A DNA stretch of 64,000 nucleotides from IMG/VR virus record IMGVR_UViG_3300021498_000001, positions 1 to 64,000 of that record. One strand, 5' to 3'. Shown here one piece after another: positions 50,009-59,197 of this stretch. Position numbers and translations under genes: made by a program. This DNA is from a virus. Below the pieces are notes generated by a model. The model ran no database searches and was not told the DNA's origin. It saw nothing but the letters and a program-made list of their open reading frames with translations. Position 1 is the stretch's first letter; the number at the start of each line of letters is the position of its first letter.

Positions 50009-50316
50009 GCAAAAGTAATATTGAGAACAATCATTCATCAAATTTTAAGATGTACTATTATAATCAGACTAAGCATACTCATCTGGTATTTGAATTGGTT
50101 CAAGTTAATCCTCAATCAGACTATATTCTTACAGTTGATTGTTGGAGTGATTTAGCAGATCCTTCTTTCAAGAGTGTTGTCTTCTCATCGTTCAGAAAAG
50201 CACTTAAATGTATCAAAAAAATTTTGATGTGCAAGAGACTGTATATCAATAAGCCTCGTATTGGACAATTGAGATCATGTATTAAAAATGCAATTAAAGG
50301 AGATCACAATGAATGA
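49993..50316 (+). CDS. hypothetical protein
   Basis: 107-aa ORF. Confidence 0.5.
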   Translation: MDAKISKSNIENNHSSNFKMYYYNQTKHTHLVFELVQVNPQSDYILTVDCWSDLADPSFKSVVFSSFRKALKCIKKILMCKRLYINKPRIGQLRSCIKNAIKGDHNE

Positions 50317-50962
50317 GTTCCAATACCAGCTCGCTATAGCTCAGGCCAAACAAAGTCTTTCCTCATTTATGGAAACAGGCGAAGCCTTATTAAATCAAGC
50401 TCAATCAATTGAGATACTAGATAAACCTGAATATGAAGAAGGAGCTAAATTATTTGCTCAAATCAAGTCTTTCAAGAAAACGATAGACACTCAGAGAAAG
50501 GAGCTAATTAAATTACCTTATGATTATGTAAGAAGAGTAAATGCTTTCGCCAAAGAGATTTCTAAGCCTTTAGACGATGCAGAGACAGTAATCAAACAAA
50601 AGCTAATTGATTATGAGGCTAAAAAGGAGTTGGAGAGAAGAGAGCAAGAGAAGAAGGCAGAAGAAGAGAGGAAGAGACTACAGGAGCGACTAAACAAAGA
50701 GGCTCAGGAGAAAGGTGTAGAAGCTGTTATCCTTCCTGAGGTTATGTTTCCTAAAGAGGAAAAGAATATAGTGCATACAGAGAGTGGTGACACTGTTTAT
50801 ACTCGCAATGTTTGGGATTTTGAGATTGTGGATTTTGCACAAGTGCCAGATGAGTATAAAGTTATAGATGAAAAGAAAGTGAGGCAAGCTATAAATAGAC
50901 TGGGGATAAGAGAGATCCCTGGATTGAGAATATTTCAAAAGAAGACTATTGTGAAAAGATAG
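50309..50962 (+). CDS. conserved coiled-coil protein of the recombination module
   Basis: C-terminal WDFEIVD...VPDEY...IPGLRIF; start at MNEF after AAGGAG. Confidence 0.75.
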   Translation: MNEFQYQLAIAQAKQSLSSFMETGEALLNQAQSIEILDKPEYEEGAKLFAQIKSFKKTIDTQRKELIKLPYDYVRRVNAFAKEISKPLDDAETVIKQKLIDYEAKKELERREQEKKAEEERKRLQERLNKEAQEKGVEAVILPEVMFPKEEKNIVHTESGDTVYTRNVWDFEIVDFAQVPDEYKVIDEKKVRQAINRLGIREIPGLRIFQKKTIVKR

Positions 50963-50971
50963 GAGGCAACC

Positions 50972-52219
50972 ATGAAAAAACAAAGCCTTGCGAAAATCGA
51001 TGAAGTAATCCATTCACCTGAGATTAAGAAAGGATTAGACTTATTGCCAGAAAGAATTAATAAAAAGCTCTTTATAATGACATTTTATAATGCTGTTATG
51101 AGAAATCCACAATTATTGAATTGTACTAAAGAAAGTCTAATCAATGCGTTCTTACAATGTTGCGAGTGGAGACTTGAGCCTAGCTTGGGCAAGGTATATC
51201 TTGTACCTTATAAGAACAATAAAAAGCCAGGTAATCCATTAGAGTGTCAAGCTCAAATAGGGTATAAGGGTTTAATTGAGTTGGCTAATAGAATTGAGAA
51301 TGTACAAGTCAGTGCACACATTATTTATGAAAATGATGAGTACGATATTCAATACGCACCCGAAGAGAAGATATTTCATAGGCCCAAGATTACAGGAGAC
51401 AGAGGCAAGCCAATTGGAGTCTATTGCATTTGGAAAAGAAAAGACTCTACATCATATTTGTTTATGACTTTGGATCAAGTCTATAAAATAAGAGAGCATA
51501 GCATTTCTTATCGCACAGCCGAAATGAAAGGCACTAAAGACTCGCCTTGGCATGTCTGGCCTGAGGCAATGATAAAGAAGACAGTAATAAGACAGAAAGC
51601 TAATTATGAAAGACTCCAATCAAGTTTTGCAGAAATACTTGAGAAGGAAGAAGCCTTTGAATTTGGAGATACATCAATAGCATTGAATGAAGAACCTAAA
51701 CCTATTGAGATGCCAGAGAACAAGACAACAGAGTCATTAGAAGAAGTCTCATTTGAGGATAAGCTAAATGAATTCTGCACCACTCATAATCTAGATATAC
51801 AACTTGTTAATGCCTATCTAGATGAGTGTATAGAAATGTTTGAAATGTCTAAAGAAGCAGTATTGGAAAGGGCCATAAACAATCCAGATGAATTCAAAGA
51901 GCAATTTGATAGGTGGCTCAAGATAAATGAGGCTATGCAAAAGAATGCTGAGGGAGGGTCGTTTTTAGAGAAATTGAAAGAGGCACAAAGTAAGCCTAAG
52001 GAGAATGCAGAGAATATATTTGATGTTAAAGGCAAGCTAGAAATGTGGCAGAAGCAATTTATAAATGAGCTGAAAAATGCTGTGAAACAAGGATTAGTAA
52101 CAGAAGAAGCAATTAAAGCCAAGATGATGGAACAAGGTTTAAAGAGCCTCTTAGACTTGCCTTCTTTAAATGATGCTGTGAAGTTTTACATGAGTTGTGT
52201 TTCAGATAAAGCCAAATAG
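50972..52219 (+). CDS. recT: RecT-family single-strand annealing recombinase
   Basis: LLNCTKESL, YLVPY, QIGYKGLIELA, SPW, AMIKKTVIR. Confidence 0.9.
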   Translation: MKKQSLAKIDEVIHSPEIKKGLDLLPERINKKLFIMTFYNAVMRNPQLLNCTKESLINAFLQCCEWRLEPSLGKVYLVPYKNNKKPGNPLECQAQIGYKGLIELANRIENVQVSAHIIYENDEYDIQYAPEEKIFHRPKITGDRGKPIGVYCIWKRKDSTSYLFMTLDQVYKIREHSISYRTAEMKGTKDSPWHVWPEAMIKKTVIRQKANYERLQSSFAEILEKEEAFEFGDTSIALNEEPKPIEMPENKTTESLEEVSFEDKLNEFCTTHNLDIQLVNAYLDECIEMFEMSKEAVLERAINNPDEFKEQFDRWLKINEAMQKNAEGGSFLEKLKEAQSKPKENAENIFDVKGKLEMWQKQFINELKNAVKQGLVTEEAIKAKMMEQGLKSLLDLPSLNDAVKFYMSCVSDKAK

Positions 52220-52227
52220 AATGAATA

Positions 52228-53187
52228 ATGCCAAAACTAAAAGTACCTGTGAGTCTTATGGTTTTAGATTATCTTGATAGCAGGCCCAGTGGGTTTACTT
52301 TCTCTATAAAAGAGCTTATGGATACATTGGGTCTTCCTGCTTCTGTTAGGGCATCAGTGCACAGAATTATAAACGATGCCCTCGATGAGCACCTTGTAGA
52401 AAAGCTAAGTTTTGGGTGGTATCAAATAACAAAAGAACCTAAGGTGTTGAGCCTTGATGAGATGCAGGGCAAGAAGCTAAAAATACCCCTGCCTTTTAAT
52501 CTTGGATTTAAATTTGACTTATATCCTGGAGCAATTGTATTGTTTATTGCCTTGCCAGGTAAAGGAAAATCATATTTTGCTGTGAATTTGTGTAAGTTTT
52601 GGGCTGAAAGAGGTTTTGCGCTGGACTATTACTTTTGTGAAGCGAAAGAAAGTATTGTGGACAGGCTTTTGAGAATGACCTCAGAAGGATTTTGGGTAAA
52701 TAAGGATGTGCGATTTATAGAGATTGAAAATCCAAGCATGAGAATGAGAGATGACTCTAGAAATAGAATTGTGATCTGGGATTGGCTTGACTTGACTGCA
52801 CAGTATCACAAAGTGCCCCTGATTATGAGACGAATGCAGAAAGACCATAAAAGTCTTATTGTTATCTTTATGCAAGGAAGACCAGGAGAAGAAGGTATCA
52901 TGCCTTTTGGCAAGTTAGGAGGGTTACATCCTGTAAGTGTTGCATTTGCTATAACACATGATGAGAAAGATAAACGCAAAGAGTATCCTATATTGAAAGT
53001 TAAAAAGGTTAGAGACTCGAGCTGGTTTTGCGAAGGAGATGAGATTTATCTTAAATTTGATTCTTCTACAGGTGAGATAAAACCTTTAGATATAAGAAGT
53101 AGAGATGAGTTAAAGAAACTGATAACAGGCGAAATCACAGAAGAGGATTTGTATGGAGCGCCAGATCAGGATGGAATACCTTTCTAA
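52228..53187 (+). CDS. replication protein: winged helix plus P-loop ATPase (RecA/DnaB-like)
   Basis: ALPGKGKS Walker A; IVIWDWL Walker B-like. Confidence 0.65.
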   Translation: MPKLKVPVSLMVLDYLDSRPSGFTFSIKELMDTLGLPASVRASVHRIINDALDEHLVEKLSFGWYQITKEPKVLSLDEMQGKKLKIPLPFNLGFKFDLYPGAIVLFIALPGKGKSYFAVNLCKFWAERGFALDYYFCEAKESIVDRLLRMTSEGFWVNKDVRFIEIENPSMRMRDDSRNRIVIWDWLDLTAQYHKVPLIMRRMQKDHKSLIVIFMQGRPGEEGIMPFGKLGGLHPVSVAFAITHDEKDKRKEYPILKVKKVRDSSWFCEGDEIYLKFDSSTGEIKPLDIRSRDELKKLITGEITEEDLYGAPDQDGIPF

Positions 53188-53198
53188 CCAGTGTTCAA

Positions 53199-53426
53199 AT
53201 GTGGACAGAGGTTAGTGTTTTAGAAGCAGTAAATTTGAACATGATAGAATCTCTCAAGGTTGAGAAACTTGAAGATTATGGATGGGCTTTAGTAGCCCAT
53301 GGAGTGAAGAAATCTTATGTGATATACTATGCAGGTGATAAAATTGAGCCTGTGATAGAAAGGTTGGAAGAGCTTGTTAGGGAATTGAATAAAGAAAATC
53401 GAGTTATTGTAACCACTCAGACATGA
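53199..53426 (+). CDS. hypothetical protein
   Basis: 75-aa ORF. Confidence 0.6.
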   Translation: MWTEVSVLEAVNLNMIESLKVEKLEDYGWALVAHGVKKSYVIYYAGDKIEPVIERLEELVRELNKENRVIVTTQT

Positions 53427-53610
53427 GTAAAATCATAAATTCTAAGAATAGAATATCAGCAAAGATTTTGATGAGATTTGTTAAAGAAGATTGGAATGCT
53501 GAAACTTATTGTGTCTCGGACTTCTCTGGAGTTTCTTTGGAGGCTGTTTTCATGTTTCTGAATGAACTTAGATACTCCAGAATGGCTGGACAATTCGTGG
53601 GAAGTGACAA

Positions 53611-54102
53611 ATGCTTGCAATAAGAAAACATAAAGACTTATTTAAACAAATAAGACAGTGCCAACAACGAATAAAGCTGTATGAGGACTTAAAGGCCAAA
53701 AACTGCTCAGATTTTCAAAACTATATATGTGACCAAAAACTACTAGAACTTAAAAACGAGAAGAAAAACTTAACATTAAAGCTAGACATAGCCTATGCCA
53801 AGTATGATGAGTTTTGGCAAGGCAAGCTAGAATCAAATAAAGACAGAAAAATTGAGAAAATAGATATAGATAAGGCTAAAAATGTGCCTTTTGATAAATT
53901 ATTAGAATTTAACAAATATGGCTTCACATTGTGTCCTTTTCACGGAGATACTAAGCCTAGCATGAAATGGTATAAAGAGGATAATATTGTGCATTGTTTT
54001 GGATGTGGAGTGCATTCAGATACAATTGAATATATGAGAAAGAGATACAATTTGAGCTTCAAAGAAGCAGTATTAACCTTGTTAAGGAGGAATAATGTTT
54101 GA
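53611..54102 (+). CDS. CHC2 zinc-finger protein (primase Zn-binding domain)
   Basis: CPFHGDTKPS...HCFGCG...SFKEAV. Confidence 0.85.
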   Translation: MLAIRKHKDLFKQIRQCQQRIKLYEDLKAKNCSDFQNYICDQKLLELKNEKKNLTLKLDIAYAKYDEFWQGKLESNKDRKIEKIDIDKAKNVPFDKLLEFNKYGFTLCPFHGDTKPSMKWYKEDNIVHCFGCGVHSDTIEYMRKRYNLSFKEAVLTLLRRNNV

Positions 54103-54479
54103 ACTTAAACTTAGGTGTTTGTTTTGGGATGATGAAATTACTATTCCAATAACTGTATCTGATGGATGGGAGACTTATTATAAAGGAGATGAAATAGAAA
54201 CATGTCTATGTCCTAAACATGCTGAATGTCTTAAGTTTTTCAAGGATCAATGCCCCAGATTGCCCTTTATTTAAGGATATATATCATTATAAAATTACTC
54301 AGTTGGATTTGAAATGCATTGAAGATGGAAAGTGTCCCAGAAGGGTATCGGGTACATTATTTGTTAAAAGCAATAAAGATGGACTTGATATGGAAGTAAT
54401 TGATATGAGTACAACATCCGAAGCAGGTAAGGCCTTAGCAAAAGCAATCAAAGAATATCTTGCAAGAAAGCCGAGATGA
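54095..54479 (+). pseudogene. frameshifted Cys-rich gene
   Basis: ATG 54095 frame (CPKH...DQCP) switches to the 54219 frame (DCPLF...GKCPRR) near 54255. Confidence 0.5.
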
Positions 54480-54664
54480 AAATATTTAAAGAAGCTATAT
54501 GTTTTATCTGCACAAAGTGTGGCAAGAAATATTTTGAGATGAAAATCCCAGATATGCCTTGTCCTAAATGTGGTGGTAAATTGATACCTATAGATTGCTG
54601 GGATGAGAATCCAAATAGAGAATTTAAAGACCCAAATAAAGTTAAATGGGAAGAGTTCTTTTAA
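54476..54664 (+). CDS. small zinc-ribbon protein
   Basis: CTKCG...CPKCGG. Confidence 0.65.
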   Translation: MKIFKEAICFICTKCGKKYFEMKIPDMPCPKCGGKLIPIDCWDENPNREFKDPNKVKWEEFF

Positions 54665-54667
54665 TAA

Positions 54668-54738
54668 GCGGAGGTAGCTTAAAGGCAAAGCATTTGGCTT
54701 CCAGCCAAAGGATACAGGTTCGAGTCCTGTCCTCCGCT
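54668..54738 (+). tRNA. tRNA-Gly (TCC), CCA not encoded
   Basis: acceptor GCGGAGG/CCTCCGC, D arm GCTT/AAGC, anticodon arm TTTGG-CTTCCAG-CCAAA, T arm ACAGG-TTCGAGT-CCTGT, discriminator T. Confidence 0.93.
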
Positions 54739-54778
54739 TCTTTTTTTTCTAAAATCGAAAAGAAGAGGAAGGGGCTAG

Positions 54779-54973
54779 ATGACATCAAGAATTGTACCAA
54801 CTAATACCTCTGATGAGGCTTCTTTAAGATATGGAATCGATATTTATAGTGATTGTTGCACTTGTCCTCCAATCTATACCTGCCCTAATTGTGGTATGGC
54901 GTTTGTACCTAGTATTTGGATTGAAATAAATGGTCATTTAAGACCAATTTGTCCTTATTGTGGAGACCCTTAA
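54779..54973 (+). CDS. small zinc-ribbon protein
   Basis: CPNCG...CPYCG. Confidence 0.55.
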   Translation: MTSRIVPTNTSDEASLRYGIDIYSDCCTCPPIYTCPNCGMAFVPSIWIEINGHLRPICPYCGDP

Positions 54974-54987
54974 GAGGTAAGGAGGTA

Positions 54988-55302
54988 ATGAATAAAATAG
55001 ATAAATATTGGTTGGTCAAAATTGGGCCTAGTTGGCAAGATCCTCTTTGGATATTTGTAGCAGAAAATTATGAAACAGCGAAAGATTTTGTCTTTGAGAT
55101 AATGAAACGGTCTGCTTATAACGATTGGAGTATAGATGAGTCTAAAGATTTGCTAAATGTATATAGTGATAATCTAAAAATATGGATTGAGGTAGAACAA
55201 GCTGAATATTTAAGCAAGTCCTCAATAAATGCCTTATTGGGTTCACTTGCAAACGTGTTTGCCTTTAAGACTCTTGATAAGGAGAAACATAGCAATGCCT
55301 AG
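54988..55302 (+). CDS. hypothetical protein
   Basis: AAGGAGGT RBS before MNKID; paralogue at 63626. Confidence 0.65.
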   Translation: MNKIDKYWLVKIGPSWQDPLWIFVAENYETAKDFVFEIMKRSAYNDWSIDESKDLLNVYSDNLKIWIEVEQAEYLSKSSINALLGSLANVFAFKTLDKEKHSNA

Positions 55303-55762
55303 AAAACAACCTATATGGTACCGCAAAGGCTTTTCTACAGGTGGCAGATATGATTGGGAATTAGAGGCAGAAATAAGAGGTTATTCTTCTGTTAAGGAAA
55401 TGCTTGAGGATTTATACATCAAAAAAAACATGACTTATTATCAAGTTGCAGATTATCTGGGGGGCATTAGTGCTGGCGGTGTATTTAATAAACTCAAACG
55501 ATTGGGAATTTCAAAAGGATATAAGAGACATTTTAACAATAAATTTGAAGAACTTTTCCCCAAAGTCAAAAAGTGTTTAGAACAAGGACGATATTTGAAA
55601 GACTGTCTTGCACTAATAGGCTATAAATCTTGCGGCAATTGCAATGAAGGGTTTGTGGGATGGATGAAAAGGCATAAAGGATTAGTAAATAAAGGGTGCA
55701 GAAAATATCCTAAATGGGTGTTTGAAGAAAATAAACAAGGAGAACAGGATGCCAGAAAATAA
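55295..55762 (+). CDS. HTH DNA-binding protein
   Basis: LEDLYIKKNMTYYQVADYLGGISAGGVFNKLKRLGI; overlaps the tas start. Confidence 0.65.
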   Translation: MPRKQPIWYRKGFSTGGRYDWELEAEIRGYSSVKEMLEDLYIKKNMTYYQVADYLGGISAGGVFNKLKRLGISKGYKRHFNNKFEELFPKVKKCLEQGRYLKDCLALIGYKSCGNCNEGFVGWMKRHKGLVNKGCRKYPKWVFEENKQGEQDARK

Positions 55763-56645
55763 AATACAGAAACCTATAAGGCAATTAGTGCGAAGCATTT
55801 ATGATTTACAAGAAGATAGAAAGAGAATTGGTCTTAGGCTAGTGAATCATTTTATGGTGAAAATGGGAATTGCGCCTTCCCAGAAAAGAGGCAAAGCGAG
55901 GCAGTTATTAGACCAGTTAAAGCAAGAATATAAGAGAATCACAGACGGTCTCCTAGAAGAGCCTAATGTTAGAAAGCTGTTGAAAGAGAAAGGATTGATT
56001 ACCGATGAAGCAGAGATGATTTTGGTATCCATGTATTTTGATTTGTTGAAGAGAGAAGAGCAACAAGTTAAGGCTTTAGAAAAGGTATTGGAACAAGAGC
56101 GTATTTATACAACCTTTCTGAAGAATATCAAAGGTATTGGACCTCTACTAAGCGGTGTGCTTATATCGGAGATAGATATAACAAAGGCTAAATATGCAAG
56201 CTCTCTTTGGAAGTATGCGGGCCTTGATGTAATCACTTATTATGATGAAAATAAGAAGCAGTGGATAACAGAAGGCAGGCGAATGAAAACAACCCATTTA
56301 GAGGAGAGAGAGTATATAGACAAAGATGGGAAGAAGAAAGTTAAGAAGACTCTCACTTTCAATCCATTCCTAAAAAGCAAGTTGGTAGCAGAAAAGGGTG
56401 TAGCTCACAACTTCATAATGCACAGAACAGAACCTTATTATAGCATGTATTTGAACTACAAGTTTAGAGTGAGAAATAAGCCTGAGTATAAAGATGAATC
56501 TGATGGGCATATTCATAATATGGCTAAGAGGTATATTGCAAAGCAGTTTTTAATTGTGTATTATAAGAAGGCAAGAGAACTGGCTGGATTGCCTGTATAT
56601 AATCCTTATGCAGAGGCAAAGCTAGGAATAAAGCATGCTGTATAG
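55749..56645 (+). CDS. tasA: TasA-like Nop-domain RNA-guided protein (IS110 C-terminal-like, no RuvC/HNH)
   Basis: coiled coil, IKGIGP helix-hairpin, SSLWKYAGLDV, FNPFLKSKL, HIHNMAKRY; no DEDD domain; abuts dual-spacer array. Confidence 0.85.
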   Translation: MPENKIQKPIRQLVRSIYDLQEDRKRIGLRLVNHFMVKMGIAPSQKRGKARQLLDQLKQEYKRITDGLLEEPNVRKLLKEKGLITDEAEMILVSMYFDLLKREEQQVKALEKVLEQERIYTTFLKNIKGIGPLLSGVLISEIDITKAKYASSLWKYAGLDVITYYDENKKQWITEGRRMKTTHLEEREYIDKDGKKKVKKTLTFNPFLKSKLVAEKGVAHNFIMHRTEPYYSMYLNYKFRVRNKPEYKDESDGHIHNMAKRYIAKQFLIVYYKKARELAGLPVYNPYAEAKLGIKHAV

Positions 56646-57580
56646 CCATATGGATGAAGTTTCCCGCTGCATTCTAGCGAGCCATAGCTTTATAGGCAAC
56701 CATGCTTTTGAAGCGAGCCATAGCGGAACTGATAACCATGTTGCTTGAGCGAGTCATGCTATTAGAGTTATCCACTGCCAAGAAGCGGGTCCTAATTTTT
56801 CAGGTAACCTTGATAACATAGCGAGCCTTATTGACTGAGACAACCAAGATAAAGGAGCGAGCCTGATTTTCCAAGATAACCTCGATAAAATAGCGAGCCA
56901 GAAAATTTTAGACATCCACAATTGAAAAGCGAGCCACATGTACCCAGATATCCATTATTACAGAGCGAGCCGCAATAACACAGACGACCATGATTTGTGA
57001 GCAAGCCACTCTTTTCCAGTTGACCATTAAAGTTGAGCGAGCCATAGACAAATAGTTAACCATGATGTATAAGCGAGCCATGTACACTAAGTCAACCATT
57101 CGTTATTAGCGAGTCGCAGATGGTAAGTTAGCCATGTTGATATAGCGAGGCCATATTTGAATAGTCAACCATCTGAGAGAAGCGAGCCATATAGATTAAG
57201 GCAACCGAAATTTCCTAGCGCCATTAGAAAGGAGTTAGCCAAGGTGATTGAGCGAGTGGTAGATATCCCTGAATCTTAAGCGAGTCATTTTAAAGGAGGC
57301 AACCACGTCTGGTGAGCGAGCCACTTTCGCACAGATAACCACCCAAGGCAAGCGAGCCATTTGATTTAAGACAACCATTTTGTGATAGCGAATGCCATAA
57401 TTCCTGAGCTAACCCACGATAATGAGCGAGTCATGATTAGTTAGACATCCCATAGAGACGAAGCGAGCCATTATTGTCAAGACACCCATTATGTTTTAGC
57501 GAGCCCTTAATGCCAAGATAACCATTTTCCCATAGCGCAATCTAAGCCATATCAGTTAAGCTACCCAAGCCTTTAGAGCG
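56644..57580 (+). repeat. TIGR (tandem interspaced guide RNA) array, 26 units
   Basis: unit = AGCCA-N9-AGnnAACCA-N9-AGCG (36 nt); constant motifs, unique spacers. Confidence 0.92.
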
Positions 57581-57605
57581 AAACTCCCTTACCTTCTTTT
57601 TATTT

Positions 57606-57982
57606 TGATACACTTGAGACAGTTATCACACTTAGTACATTCGAAACACTTGATACAGTTGAGACAGTTAGCATAGAATATACAGAAATATCACAGTAAT
57701 CCTTGAAAATCCAGAAATATCAAGCATGATACACTATGCAACACTTTGATACAGTTATGGACATAAGACACATCGGATTTTTCTCTCAAAATCAAGATAT
57801 AATCTATAAAATCAGGGACACCCTTTCAACCTTTGATACAGTTTGAGACATTATGGACATAAGACACATCGGGATTTAGCTAGATATAGCAAGGAAAATC
57901 CAGGATTTTGGAGAATTTTTTGATACACCTGTGTGTGTGTGTATCAGTGTATCTTGGTTTATATAAATATAAATATATATAA
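57606..57982. repeat. iteron-like repeat region, candidate replication origin
   Basis: seven tandem 9-mers from 57606, six TGATACA copies plus one inverted, 22-bp direct repeat, AT-only tract. Confidence 0.55.
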
Positions 57983-57990
57983 CGGCCTAG

Positions 57991-58557
57991 CTATGGAGTT
58001 TGAATCGAATTTAATTGGTTCCTCAAAGACTCACGATACTTTATCTCATTTTCATCCAAGTTTGCCCTTCCCCTCTTTATAACTCTATTCTCAAACTCAA
58101 AGGCTATCTTTGCCTGTTTTCTCTTTGCTCTAAGATAAGGATACAAGAATTGCAAAACAGCACCTGCTTTATACCCATAAGCTACCCAATAATATGTAGG
58201 CTTTTGAATATCTAACCTGCGATAAACCTTGCCTATTTCTAGGACTTTCTTTATTTGTCTAGGGACTTCCCTATCTTCATGTTTAATAAGGATCTCCAAT
58301 TGATAAGAAGGACATTCCCTGTCTTTTCTATTTCTCTTTGCAATCCTTATTATGCCATATTTCTCAAACAGATCTCCCAAATACATGCTCTGAGACTTCT
58401 TCTGCAATAATTTTCTTTTTAGATTGCCCAAGAAAATCTGAGTTTTGCCCATTGTATTTCTATGCTTGCATTTGGGGCATATTGCGCTTAGGTGACCTTT
58501 TCTACTTTGGGAGTAGTATAGAAATTTATGACCACAGAGTCCACATTGTATCTGCAT
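57991..58557 (-). CDS. zinc ribbon plus degenerate LAGLIDADG-family domain
   Basis: CGLC...CPKC; YLGDLFEKYG motif remnant; LQFLYPYLRAKRKQA. Confidence 0.75.
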   Translation of the reverse strand: MQIQCGLCGHKFLYYSQSRKGHLSAICPKCKHRNTMGKTQIFLGNLKRKLLQKKSQSMYLGDLFEKYGIIRIAKRNRKDRECPSYQLEILIKHEDREVPRQIKKVLEIGKVYRRLDIQKPTYYWVAYGYKAGAVLQFLYPYLRAKRKQAKIAFEFENRVIKRGRANLDENEIKYRESLRNQLNSIQTP

Positions 58558-58696
58558 CTAATTAGAAGATAACATGAAGCCCATTATTTATCAATCTCAT
58601 ATTATTTATCTCTGTATCTTATACCTTCGCAACTTGACATAATATTAGAAAATGCGACATTTAAATTTATCAGATTAAATTGACTAGTGCTTTACA

Positions 58697-59197
58697 TTAG
58701 AAAGTTTGAGACATTTCTTTAGATATTGCTTCTAACAAGACATTGGTTGGTATAGCAATGCTCTTGGTTGTATAAGTTTTGTTGTTAGCACTTATAATAT
58801 CATAACTCTTTATCCAATTCTTTCCATTCATGATCCAAGCTCGTTTTAACAACAAGACTGGTAATAGGTAAACCTTCTTGGAGGACATAATAGCATAAAC
58901 TATATAGTCAGATTGACAAGTGTAAAGCCAACCAGGTTTGCGTTGTTCCCAGATACTCCATATTTCTAACAATATGTCACCATAATCCTTTCTTCGTTTC
59001 TTCTCATCAATCGTTAAAATTCTTCCATCTTTGAAATATAAGATTTTATCTATTCCTTTCTTTTGTAAATCTAGATCTTCTACAAGTTTAATTCTCCTCA
59101 AACCAGGAAATATGCGATAGTAGAAACTATCAAATAATTCATTCTCTCGTTGATCTAGTGAATATTGTAAATCTACATCAAAATCGTTATATTTCAT
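58697..59197 (-). CDS. PD-(D/E)XK nuclease-like protein
   Basis: QKKGID...IDEKKR...LLEIWS...PGW; start MKYND overlaps the MTase end. Confidence 0.7.
   Translation of the reverse strand: MKYNDFDVDLQYSLDQRENELFDSFYYRIFPGLRRIKLVEDLDLQKKGIDKILYFKDGRILTIDEKKRRKDYGDILLEIWSIWEQRKPGWLYTCQSDYIVYAIMSSKKVYLLPVLLLKRAWIMNGKNWIKSYDIISANNKTYTTKSIAIPTNVLLEAISKEMSQTF

Noticed and set aside
55722-56645. IS110 transposase / active insertion sequence
   Set aside because: No N-terminal DEDD RuvC domain and no SG motif after YAGL; followed by a guide array
56754-57099. Minus-strand ORFs 56754..56939 and 56908..57099
   Set aside because: By-products of the 36-nt array period; no RBS
56644-57580. CRISPR array
   Set aside because: Constant parts are two ~9-nt motifs and spacers are 9 nt; there is no 23-47-nt repeat and no cas gene
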